A DNA stretch of 64,000 nt from Planctomycetota bacterium (GTDB lineage: Bacteria > Planctomycetota > MHYJ01 > WSZJ01): positions 100,023-164,022 of the forward strand of contig JBBTCT010000007.1 in the NCBI GenBank assembly GCA_038060895.1, read 5' to 3'. A program made the position numbers and the translations under genes. Shown piece by piece: positions 49,868 to 58,167 of this stretch (positions within the stretch are counted from its first letter, which is position 1; every line of letters starts with the position of its first letter). The notes beneath the pieces are model-generated. The model ran no database searches, was not told the origin of the DNA, and worked only from the letters and a program-made list of their open reading frames with translations.

Positions 49868-51559
49868 CTACGACGCGCGGAAGAAGCGGCTGCAACCGGC
49901 AAGGACGATGAGCAACCCGGCCGCTGCGAGGGCAAGCGCGAGGGTTTCGGAGAATCCCGAAGTTGCGACTCGGGCGAGGGCGCTGGAACCGATGGAGGCA
50001 GAAGCGACTGCGCCCACGGCGTGATAAGTCCGGGACGCCGCCTGACCGGCTGCGGCGCTTTCCAGCGTCGAGGACCGCCAGCGCTGAAGGGCGACGACGG
50101 GCGCCGCTGATTCCGAGCCCCAGGCGGCGGTGGCAATCCAGCAACGGCGACCGTGGTGAGTTGAGCCGCCCCTGACGCCGAACTCGAAGTCATCTCCAAT
50201 CCGGAACGACTGCGGCAGGCTGAAAGGCCCGGTGAGTCCGCCAAGATCTGTGAATTGAATCCGCCAGTAATACACGGTATTCCGAAGCAGGGAAACGTTG
50301 ATGGTCAGGTCAAGGCAGCGGGCGTCGGTAACGACGGACGGGCTGATCCCGACGGGACCCGAGTCAAAATCGAGCGACAGGAAGAGCGGGTCGATGGAAA
50401 CCTGGAATCGAAGCCCGACCGCGTTGTCGGGGGCCACATTGGCGTCGCGGTAAACGGCGCTGAAATTCGGCTGCTGATCGATCACCGGATTAACGAACCC
50501 CGGGTCGCCGGTTTGGGCAGAGTCGAAAGACTCGTTCACGAAGAGCGAGTCGGGCGCGAGCGGAGCCAGGTTGACCTCGACGTTGAACGGAATTGTGGCG
50601 GTGAATCCCGCGGAATTCCCGGTCCCGTCTAGAGATCGGACCCTCCAGGTGTAGCTGCCTGCGGGCAGCGGCTGGAGCAGGGTTGAGACGCCAACAGGGA
50701 TGGTCAGCGGAAGGCCGGGCGGCAGGATGGGGACGATGTTGACCTCGTAAGAGACCGTGCCCGGGCCGCACGGACCGGTGTCCGTGGAGTCCGTCCAGTC
50801 GAAAAGCACGGGGGAAACCACCGTGGAGGCAGCTGCGGGAATAATCTGCGAAGGGGTCGTTGGAGCCGCCGCGTCCGCGACCGGGCAGATGATGTTGATG
50901 TTGTCAACGAACCAGCCTGAGCAGGACGTTTCGAATCCGGCAGCCGCGTCGAGCTCAACACGGAAGCGGAGGCGGAAGGTCAGTGCGCCGAGGGTGCTGA
51001 TGTTGAAAGTATGAACGTGATCGTTGTTCCAGTTACCGGGCATTCCTGCCACGAACGGAAACCCACCACAACTTTCTTCCGCATCAACGCCATCGGAATA
51101 CGTCAACTGCACCGACTTGAGCACGACGCCGCCAGCATCAAGCCACTCCACAAACCTGCGGTGCGCGTTGGGTTTGGCGCACGAATCCATCTCGTAAAAG
51201 TCCTGAATCGTCATCGTCACGCCCGCAAGCGAAGTCAGCGTGATCAACGGGCCCGTGGCGGAATTGCCCGTACTGGTGGCGGTGCCATAGTCCATGTCGA
51301 CGCCGTTATTGAAGTTCAGCGCATTGGCGCCTGCAAATACAGTCGGCTGAGGCACCGGGCTGCCAAGTCCGCCGCAGGAAAAGAGGCCAAAGCTCGTGGC
51401 CGGAGCGCCGTCCACCGCCCACGCACATCCTCCCACCGCCGGGTCGAAGGTCCATCCAACCGCACCGGTTTCAAACCCCTCGAAGTAAATCGTGGACTGG
51501 GCCGCGCAAGGAGCCGAGATTGCCAACGTCAGCAAGAATGCGATCTTCCAACTTGTCAT
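49868..51559 (-). CDS. secreted beta-rich protein with CFI-box-CTERM-like sorting region
   Basis: Signal peptide; FEGFE.G..GW and GWFVDNI (MAM-like); YTWRVR and YYWRI (FN3/Ig-like); C-terminal RCWIATAAWGS..V..L..WR plus TM helix. Confidence 0.78.
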   Translation of the reverse strand: MTSWKIAFLLTLAISAPCAAQSTIYFEGFETGAVGWTFDPAVGGCAWAVDGAPATSFGLFSCGGLGSPVPQPTVFAGANALNFNNGVDMDYGTATSTGNSATGPLITLTSLAGVTMTIQDFYEMDSCAKPNAHRRFVEWLDAGGVVLKSVQLTYSDGVDAEESCGGFPFVAGMPGNWNNDHVHTFNISTLGALTFRLRFRVELDAAAGFETSCSGWFVDNINIICPVADAAAPTTPSQIIPAAASTVVSPVLFDWTDSTDTGPCGPGTVSYEVNIVPILPPGLPLTIPVGVSTLLQPLPAGSYTWRVRSLDGTGNSAGFTATIPFNVEVNLAPLAPDSLFVNESFDSAQTGDPGFVNPVIDQQPNFSAVYRDANVAPDNAVGLRFQVSIDPLFLSLDFDSGPVGISPSVVTDARCLDLTINVSLLRNTVYYWRIQFTDLGGLTGPFSLPQSFRIGDDFEFGVRGGSTHHGRRCWIATAAWGSESAAPVVALQRWRSSTLESAAAGQAASRTYHAVGAVASASIGSSALARVATSGFSETLALALAAAGLLIVLAGCSRFFRAS

Positions 51560-51787
51560 GCTGGTTCCCCTCATCGCGATTGAAGTCGACTGAATCATGC
51601 CCCGAGTCATGGCCTCCCCCGCCCCGGCCGACTCGAACCGCAGGATTCTAGAGTTGTCAGGCTCAGGTTCAAGCGAAATCTTACGCCCGTGACAACGTCC
51701 GATACGTTCGTGCACTTTTGAATCTTCCGCGAATCCGCGCAGGCGGGATATCTACCGTTCCTTGCCATTTCTGCTAAAACTTCCGCC

Positions 51788-52696
51788 GTGGCCACCCCCT
51801 GTCCCCCGCCCGAGTCTTTCAAGGAGCCGCTCCCATTCCCCATCCACTGGGTCTCCGACCCGGAGTCCGGAGAGCGCCTCCGCGAACGAGTCCTCGCACG
51901 GCAGGAGCCCTGGGGGCTCGACATCGAGACGACCCTGACCGGGCAGCACCATTGCGAGGTCGCCCTGATCCAGATCTCGGACGGGAAAGAAGCCTGGCTC
52001 ATCGACTCTCTGGCGTTTGAGTTCAAGCCCATCATCGAGGCGCTCTACGCGTCTCCGCTTCATGTCCTCGTCGTCCACGGCGGGATCGGCGACCTGGCGG
52101 TCCTGAAGCGCGTCATCGGGATCGTCGCCGAAAACGTCTTCGACACGCTGGTGGCAGCGCAGGTCCTGGCGTTCCCGAGTCCGAACCTTCGCGAACTCGC
52201 CAGGGAGTGCCTGATGGTGCACATGACTAAGGGCAGCCAGCAGTCGAACTGGCGCGCAAGGCCGCTCTCACCCGGCCAGTTCAAATACGGCGCCCTGGAT
52301 GCGTGGGTGCTGCCGGGAATCGCCCGCGTCCTCGCCGCGCGCGTCGCTGCGGCCGGAAGGACCGACGCGGTGCGCGACGGGATCAAGGCCATGCTGGAAG
52401 CGGTGAAAGCTTACGAGCCGCCAAACGGGCATCCCTTCGAAGTGGGATTCGCGCGGCGGAATCGCGACAAAAAAACCCGGGCGCGCCTGCGCGTGCTCCT
52501 GGACTGGCGGACGGAAATGGCCAACAAGGGGCACATCGCCCTTCTCATGAGCGTCGGCAACCGGATGCTCGGGACAATCGCCGAAAAGAATCCCGCCACC
52601 GAACACGAGCTTCGAGCGGCCGGGTGGCCGCCATCGCTTCTCCGCCGGTACGGCGATAAAGTCCTCAAACTCCTCTCCGCTTCCGACGCCGTTTGA
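51788..52696 (+). CDS. rnd: ribonuclease D-like 3'-5' exonuclease with HRDC domain
   Basis: Motifs GLDIET, ALIQI, DL, FDTLVAA, SNWRARPLS..YGALD; HRDC-like C-terminus. Confidence 0.82.
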   Translation: MATPCPPPESFKEPLPFPIHWVSDPESGERLRERVLARQEPWGLDIETTLTGQHHCEVALIQISDGKEAWLIDSLAFEFKPIIEALYASPLHVLVVHGGIGDLAVLKRVIGIVAENVFDTLVAAQVLAFPSPNLRELARECLMVHMTKGSQQSNWRARPLSPGQFKYGALDAWVLPGIARVLAARVAAAGRTDAVRDGIKAMLEAVKAYEPPNGHPFEVGFARRNRDKKTRARLRVLLDWRTEMANKGHIALLMSVGNRMLGTIAEKNPATEHELRAAGWPPSLLRRYGDKVLKLLSASDAV

Positions 52697-52721
52697 CACG
52701 CTTCCGTTCGACCTGTAGGAT
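52693..52721 (+). promoter_or_regulatory. sigma70-type promoter of tRNA-Val
   Basis: TTGACA-N17-TAGGAT. Confidence 0.8.
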
Positions 52722-52735
52722 TCCGCGCCGTTCCG

Positions 52736-52809
52736 GGGCGGCTAGTTCAGCTGGCTAGAACGCCTGCTCGACACGCAGGAGGTCAGAGGTTCGAATCCTC
52801 TGCCGCCCA
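52736..52809 (+). tRNA. tRNA-Val(GAC)
   Basis: GGGCGGC/GCCGCCC acceptor stem, anticodon arm CCTGC-TCGACAC-GCAGG, T arm GGTTCGAATCC; no encoded CCA. Confidence 0.92.
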
Positions 52810-52812
52810 TCC

Positions 52813-52939
52813 GGAGATGAAATCAGGGTGGAAAGACGGGTTCAGGTACGGCGGCAGGGCGCGGAAGTGGTTCTAACTGAGCGGTTTCCTGCGCCCCGCC
52901 GCCGCCCCGCACCCGTCCTTCCACCCTGATTTCATCTCC
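52813..52939. repeat. long inverted repeat directly 3' of tRNA-Val
   Basis: ggagatgaaatcagggtggaaagacggg (52813-52840) pairs with cccgtccttccaccctgatttcatctcc (52912-52939), one mismatch; the stem continues imperfectly inward. Confidence 0.9.
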
Positions 52940-53097
52940 CCATGCTAAAAAGTGCCCGGCGTGCGTGTTCCGCGGCAAAGTCCCCATAGGTTCGCCTCAA
53001 TGGCAATCTGCACATATTCCTTGCAATGTAATCGCAATTGCATTTAATCGCCGCCCCATTGATCGCCTATTAGGCGCCCAATCACTCTCAAGGAGGC

Positions 53098-53541
53098 ATG
53101 ATGGCGGCGAACGTGCTCGATTTCGACAAGGTCAAGGAGTTCCTCGGCAAGCATCTGACAAACATCTCCGAAGCCTCAAAGGTGAAGTTTCGCGAGATCC
53201 AGAAGGCCGTGAAAAGTGAATTCGGCCAGGGGCTCTTCATGCCGAAGCTATCAGAATTGATCAAGTCAGTCCGTCCGGATCTCTCGAAGCCGGCGCGCAA
53301 GAAGGCAAAGCGGGGGCGGAAAGCCGGGAAGCGCGGGCCGGGACGGCCGCCGGGCGTGCGGCGCGCTTCGGGGTCGGGCACGTTCCTCGTGAAGCTGGGG
53401 CGCAAGCTGTCGCTGGCGAAGTCGAAGGACCGGGTGCAGGCGATCATCGACAAGATGGTGGCGGGCGGTCAGAGCCTCGGAAGGCTGAAAGTGTTCGCGC
53501 TGTCCCGGGTCGGTGTTTCGACGCGAGTCACGATCGAGTAA
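53098..53541 (+). CDS. basic hypothetical protein with AT-hook-like motif
   Basis: RBS AAGGAGG; KKAKRGRKAGKRGPGRPPG. Confidence 0.8.
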   Translation: MMAANVLDFDKVKEFLGKHLTNISEASKVKFREIQKAVKSEFGQGLFMPKLSELIKSVRPDLSKPARKKAKRGRKAGKRGPGRPPGVRRASGSGTFLVKLGRKLSLAKSKDRVQAIIDKMVAGGQSLGRLKVFALSRVGVSTRVTIE

Positions 53542-53556
53542 GCGGAGCAAATCGAA

Positions 53557-53588
53557 GCGGGGTCCCGGTCATTCGGGGCCCCGTTTTT
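53557..53588 (+). terminator. intrinsic terminator
   Basis: gcggggtcccg/cggggccccgt stem followed by a T-tract. Confidence 0.75.
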
Positions 53589-53620
53589 GTTGGCAGGCAC
53601 GTGCGGGGCGACTCGCAACC

Positions 53621-53649
53621 TTGACGCTTCGATTTCCCCCCGCTATCCT
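53621..53649 (+). promoter_or_regulatory. sigma70-type promoter of tRNA-Ala
   Basis: TTGACG-N17-TATCCT. Confidence 0.75.
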
Positions 53650-53674
53650 CCCGCCTCCTTCGGCGCTCCCGGAC

Positions 53675-53747
<73 letters not shown>

Positions 53748-53854
53748 TTCAGGTGCGCCGAAGGGGGATGGATCGTTCGGCGGGCCCCGGTCGATTCGTA
53801 CCCTCGGCCCCTGGCCCGGCACGGTTTTCTTGCGATTCTGACGGATGAAAGGAA

Positions 53855-53884
53855 TTGACTCCGGGCTGTCGCGCGGGGTACAAA
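53855..53884 (+). promoter_or_regulatory. candidate promoter of the coiled-coil/actin-like operon
   Basis: TTGACT-N18-TACAAA, about 30 nt upstream of ATG 53916. Confidence 0.45.
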
Positions 53885-53915
53885 AGTTCTTCCTATCCCC
53901 GGGAGATCCCAAGGT

Positions 53916-54734
53916 ATGTGGATCGTCAAGAACGTCCTGCGCGGCTCGATCATGATCGAAGACCTCAAGGTCAAGATCCCCGCCAAGGACTATTTCGACC
54001 TCGACAAAATCGGCCGGGAACGGGCCGAGCAGTCCCGCCAGCTCAAGCTGGCGATGGAGGAAGGGTACCTCCAGAACGTGAAGAAATCCGAGCCCGGCTC
54101 CAACGAAGCGGTGCTGGTGAAGGAAGAGACGCGGAGCGAGATCAAGACTCGGATCGAGGAACTCCGCCAGGTCATCCTGAAGTCGCCCGACAAGGACACG
54201 GTGATCAAGGCGCTCAACGAGCTCCGGACCGTGCTCGCGGGCTCGAAGGACGTCGAGCAGATCCGCTCCGATTTCGACGACCTGAAAAAGATGATCCAGA
54301 CGATGGACGGCGACAACGGCTGGCTCAAGAAGGAATTCGACAAGCTCCGCGCGACCTTCTTCGACAAGGAGAAGGACGAAAAGACCCTGATGAAGCGGGA
54401 AGTTCTGGAGCTGCGCAAGGCGGTGCTCGACGAGCGCCAGCGGTCCCAGGTCGTCCTCACCCAGTTCAACGAGTTCCGTGACACGCTTCTCAAGGAGTTC
54501 AAAGGCCTTCTCAGCGGCATGATCGCCGCAGGCCCGAGAATGTCGATGGGCGAAGGCGGAGACAGCGGGGCAGCGGAACGGGTGCGCCTCACCGAAGTTG
54601 AAATCAAGGCGCGCCTCAAGCTGCTCGAGTCCAAGGAAAACGAACTCACGGCAAACTTCGAGAAGATCGGCAAGGAAACCCAGGGCACGGGCGACGCTGG
54701 CGGAATGGCCGACCTGCTCGGCGGAATCGACTAA
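53916..54734 (+). CDS. coiled-coil protein with small N-terminal globular domain
   Basis: RBS AAGG; E/K/L heptad-rich body; strongly biased codons; no signal peptide or TM helix. Confidence 0.85.
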   Translation: MWIVKNVLRGSIMIEDLKVKIPAKDYFDLDKIGRERAEQSRQLKLAMEEGYLQNVKKSEPGSNEAVLVKEETRSEIKTRIEELRQVILKSPDKDTVIKALNELRTVLAGSKDVEQIRSDFDDLKKMIQTMDGDNGWLKKEFDKLRATFFDKEKDEKTLMKREVLELRKAVLDERQRSQVVLTQFNEFRDTLLKEFKGLLSGMIAAGPRMSMGEGGDSGAAERVRLTEVEIKARLKLLESKENELTANFEKIGKETQGTGDAGGMADLLGGID

Positions 54735-54812
54735 CTCACAAGGGGCCTCGCGGGGCGGCACGGCCGCTTCGCCGGGCACATTGATCACCATCTGGTAGAA
54801 AGGGGCACGGGA

Positions 54813-55910
54813 ATGTGCGCTAAGGGAGTTGACATCGGGACGTGCTTCCTCGTGGGAGCGGAGCTCAAGGACGGCAAGGAAGTCTTCACGATGGAACGTG
54901 ACGCGTTCTTCTCGATGCCCAACGAGGACTTCGCGGAAGACATGCTCACGAAGGCGGGCGCCTTCTACATCATCAAGGGCGAGCAGATCTACGTCGTCGG
55001 CGAAGACGCTCTCAAGTTCTCGATGGTGACAGGAAACCAGAAGGACTATCGCCGCCCGATGGCCAAGGGCGTGTTGAACCCCGGCGAAGAAGAGGCCATC
55101 AGCATGATGGAAGTTCTTCTCGAAGCCGTGGTGGGCAAGCCGAGTTACCCGGGCGAAGTCATCTGCGCGACGATGCCCGCGAACCCGGTCGATGCGGACT
55201 TTGACGTGACCTTCCACCGCATGGTTCTCGAGCGGTTCCTCAAGAAGCTCGGGTACGACGTCAAGTGCATCAACGAAGCGATGTGCATCATCTACAGCGA
55301 AAACCCGACCGTGACGATCAACAACGAGGTGCTGCCCTTCACGGGCATCGCGATCTCGTGGGGCGCGGGCATGGTGAACCTCGCGGCGTCCTGGCGCGCG
55401 AAGAAGCTTCTCGAGTTCAGCTGCGGCCGTTCGGGCGACTGGATCGACCGGCAGGTTGCGAAGGTGAGGAGCGTGCCGGTGTCGAAGGTGCAGAGCCACA
55501 AGGAGAAGTACCTGAACTTCGACCGCATCGACCCGACGGACCAGATCATGGTCGCGCTCGAGATTTACTACGAGGACCTGATCCGCTACGTCATCACCAG
55601 CATCGGCCAGCAGTTGAAGGCGGCCAATGCGACGATCGACGAGCCGGTCGAGATCGTGATCGCGGGCGGCACGAGCAAGCCCCCGGGGTTCGTGGACCGG
55701 TTCAAGTCCGTTCTTCGCGAACTCGGCCTGCCGATTCCGGTGAAGGGCGTGCGTCATGCGAAGGACCCGCTGAAGGCGGTTGCGGCGGGCGCTCTGATTG
55801 CGGCGATTTCGGAAGAGAAGAAGCGCAAGGCGAATGCAGCGGCGGGCGGCGACGCTCCTGCGGCGGCGCCGGCGGCTGGCAAGAAGGGCGGAGTGCCGCT
55901 GATCAGCTAG
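54813..55910 (+). CDS. volA: actin-like ATPase, volactin-like
   Basis: Phosphate-1 GVDIGT, connect-1 INEA, phosphate-2 ISWGAG, GDWID, adenosine IAGGT, connect-2 AVAAGA. Colinear with haloarchaeal volactin as I recall it (YVVG.DAL.F, RRPM..G.L, PA.P.D, IYSE, FTG). Confidence 0.85.
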   Translation: MCAKGVDIGTCFLVGAELKDGKEVFTMERDAFFSMPNEDFAEDMLTKAGAFYIIKGEQIYVVGEDALKFSMVTGNQKDYRRPMAKGVLNPGEEEAISMMEVLLEAVVGKPSYPGEVICATMPANPVDADFDVTFHRMVLERFLKKLGYDVKCINEAMCIIYSENPTVTINNEVLPFTGIAISWGAGMVNLAASWRAKKLLEFSCGRSGDWIDRQVAKVRSVPVSKVQSHKEKYLNFDRIDPTDQIMVALEIYYEDLIRYVITSIGQQLKAANATIDEPVEIVIAGGTSKPPGFVDRFKSVLRELGLPIPVKGVRHAKDPLKAVAAGALIAAISEEKKRKANAAAGGDAPAAAPAAGKKGGVPLIS

Positions 55911-55929
55911 TTTGGATACGAGTTATCGG

Positions 55930-55963
55930 AGCCGGGGGCGAGAAATCGTCCCCGGCTTTTTTT
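55930..55963 (+). terminator. intrinsic terminator
   Basis: agccgggggcga/tcgtccccggct stem followed by a T-tract. Confidence 0.85.
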
Positions 55964-55970
55964 GTAATCG

Positions 55971-56161
55971 TGCGGAGGCTGGCGAAGGCTGGCATAGGCT
56001 GCGGACGCTGGCGGAGGCTAACGACCATTGGAGCGAAGCCACCCCAGCGATAATGGCGGGCGGGCCGAGCACGGGCCCACAACGGCTCAGCGCAGCGCGT
56101 TGTTGCAACTAAGCCTCCGCCAGCCTCTGCCAGCGTTCGCCAGCCTTCGCCAGCCTCCGTA
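55971..56161. repeat. palindromic element with arms of about five degenerate 10-mers
   Basis: (ggctggcgaa)-like units at 55971-56020 and (ttcgccagcc)-like units at 56111-56161. Confidence 0.85.
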
Positions 56162-56173
56162 CAATGCGGGCAG

Positions 56174-57178
56174 ATGCGCCGCCGAATCATCGCCTCTCTT
56201 TCCGTGATCCTGGCTCTCGCCCTCCTCGCCTTCCTCGCTTCCCGCCTCGACTGGCCCGCAACCCGGGCGGTGCTCACGCGCAGCGGCCCCGCCGGCCTCG
56301 CCGCGTTCGCCGCATGGTCCTTCCTCACCCTCCTTCTCCAGGCCACCGGATGGCACTGCCTGCTCCGCTCCCGGGGATGGCCGATTCCCTTCCACGCCAC
56401 GCTCACTTCGTTCCTCATGGGCAACTCCCTCGCCTACCTCGCCCCCTCGATGTACCTCGGCGGCGAACCTCTCCGCATCTGGCACATCAGCCGCCGCTTC
56501 GGCCTCCCGTCGCGCGAAGTCGCCGCGACCGTCATCTCGAACAAGTTCGCGGAGTTCGCCGGGTTCATGGTGGCGGTCCTCGTCTGCACCGCGACCATGG
56601 TGTGGCGCTTCGACCTGTCGTCATCCTTGAAGTGGGGAGCGACGACGGTGGCGGCTGGCCTGCTGGTGGCGTTCGTCGTCGTGCTTGCCGCGTTCGTCGG
56701 CCGCTGGCCGCTGGCATCCGGGATGCTGCGAATCCTCGGAAAGCGCGGGGAACGCGTGCGCCGGTGGGCGGAAGACACGGAAGGCCAGGTCCAGGAGACC
56801 TTCCGTCACCACGGCGGCGCGTTCGGAGCGGCAATCCTCCTGACCGGCGGACCTCTCGCGATGGTCGTGCTCAAGCCGCTCATCTTCTTTCACTTCACGG
56901 GCCACCAGACGAGCTTTCCTGACCTCGCACTCATCTTCGTCATGACCCAGATCGTCCTCGCCTTCCACGTCACGCCCGGTGGCCTGGGTGTCTTCGAAGG
57001 GGGCGTGATCTGGACGTTTTCGCTGATCGGCATCAGCGCGCCGGAAGCCGCGGCCTACGCGGCGACGCAGCGGCTGACGGACGCGGTCATTGTCGGGCTC
57101 GGAGTCGCGCTCGCGGCCAGGGAAGGCGCGACCGGCTTTTTCAGGGGCAGGCAACCCGCCGAAGAAAAGCCGGCCTAG
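56174..57178 (+). CDS. lysylphosphatidylglycerol synthase TM / flippase-like protein (UPF0104)
   Basis: Motifs W..LL, P..LGGEPLR, TPGGLGVFEG; multiple TM helices. Confidence 0.88.
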   Translation: MRRRIIASLSVILALALLAFLASRLDWPATRAVLTRSGPAGLAAFAAWSFLTLLLQATGWHCLLRSRGWPIPFHATLTSFLMGNSLAYLAPSMYLGGEPLRIWHISRRFGLPSREVAATVISNKFAEFAGFMVAVLVCTATMVWRFDLSSSLKWGATTVAAGLLVAFVVVLAAFVGRWPLASGMLRILGKRGERVRRWAEDTEGQVQETFRHHGGAFGAAILLTGGPLAMVVLKPLIFFHFTGHQTSFPDLALIFVMTQIVLAFHVTPGGLGVFEGGVIWTFSLIGISAPEAAAYAATQRLTDAVIVGLGVALAAREGATGFFRGRQPAEEKPA

Positions 57179-58167
57179 ATTCCCTTCCCGATGTAGGCCT
57201 TCCGCGTGGCGATCAAGGCTGCGACTCCGAGAACGAAGACCGGGATGATCACGATCCCGATCCACGCTCCCCAGAGGGGCGGCGCCGTTTCGAGCGAACC
57301 CTGGAAGAAGGCCGGAACCGGTTCCATGAGCCGGAGAGAGGCGGCGCGGACGAATTTCGACATCACCCAGAGGTTAACGGGAGTTCGGCCGACAAAAACT
57401 TCGAAGATGACGCCGTAGACCATCGCGAGGATGTAGGGACGGTTGAAGACGACGCCGATGGAGAAAAAGAAGGTCGCGTACTGCAGGACACCGAGAGCCG
57501 TTGCGAGAAGCGCAGTGCCGAGGTCGCGCGGAAGCGCCGTGTGGCGCCGGCTCGGCATTTCCTTTTTGACCTCGTTGAATTTCTGAATCTGCCCTGCTCC
57601 GGGCGGCGCGGACTCGACGCCGCCCGGCGGGCGGTTTTCACCCGGTTTGCGCGCGGCATCGCCGGTCCTCGCCGGGGGAGTCGGCTCATACGTCGTGACC
57701 GTGTAAGGTTTCACCTGGGCCAGCGCCATCGGCCACGCCACGAGCACCGGCACCTCCGCGAGAATCATCAGAGGAATCAGCATCCCCAGCCACTTCCCTG
57801 CCACGATCAGCGGGCGTGGCGTCGGGCGTGCGAAGAGGTACAGGACGGTCCCGTCCTCGACGTCCGACGAAAATGCGGGGATGGCGCCGAGGAGGGCGAT
57901 GAACAGGATCGCGCCCTGCAGGTAGATCTGGTCGAAGAGCTGGAGGAAGGGGTGGACCATCGCGCCCTTCTCGAGGAAGACGAAAATCGAAAGAAGGCCG
58001 GGGAAGGCCGCGCCCGAGAGCAGGATGACCCACTTGCGCGGCCCTGTCAGGAACTGGCGCGCGGAGATCCGCGCGGCCCAGAGGAGGCCACCGAGAGGGT
58101 TCAGTGCCGACGCGGGGGGCGCTGGCGGCGCGGCGGGCACGGCGATGGGGGCCGGGTAGCTGCTCAT
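57175..58167 (-). CDS. ABC-2 type transporter permease
   Basis: DVEDGTVLYLFARPTPR..GKW motif; TM helices; TAATG overlap. Confidence 0.85.
   Translation of the reverse strand: MSSYPAPIAVPAAPPAPPASALNPLGGLLWAARISARQFLTGPRKWVILLSGAAFPGLLSIFVFLEKGAMVHPFLQLFDQIYLQGAILFIALLGAIPAFSSDVEDGTVLYLFARPTPRPLIVAGKWLGMLIPLMILAEVPVLVAWPMALAQVKPYTVTTYEPTPPARTGDAARKPGENRPPGGVESAPPGAGQIQKFNEVKKEMPSRRHTALPRDLGTALLATALGVLQYATFFFSIGVVFNRPYILAMVYGVIFEVFVGRTPVNLWVMSKFVRAASLRLMEPVPAFFQGSLETAPPLWGAWIGIVIIPVFVLGVAALIATRKAYIGKGI

Noticed and set aside
54813-55910. Calling the actin-like gene mreB, ftsA or mamK
   Set aside because: It lacks the DIGGGT-type phosphate-2 motif (ISWGAG instead) and none of the usual neighbouring genes are present
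55971-56161. Possible CRISPR array
   Set aside because: Units are ~10 bp, contiguous and inverted, with no unique spacers and no cas genes
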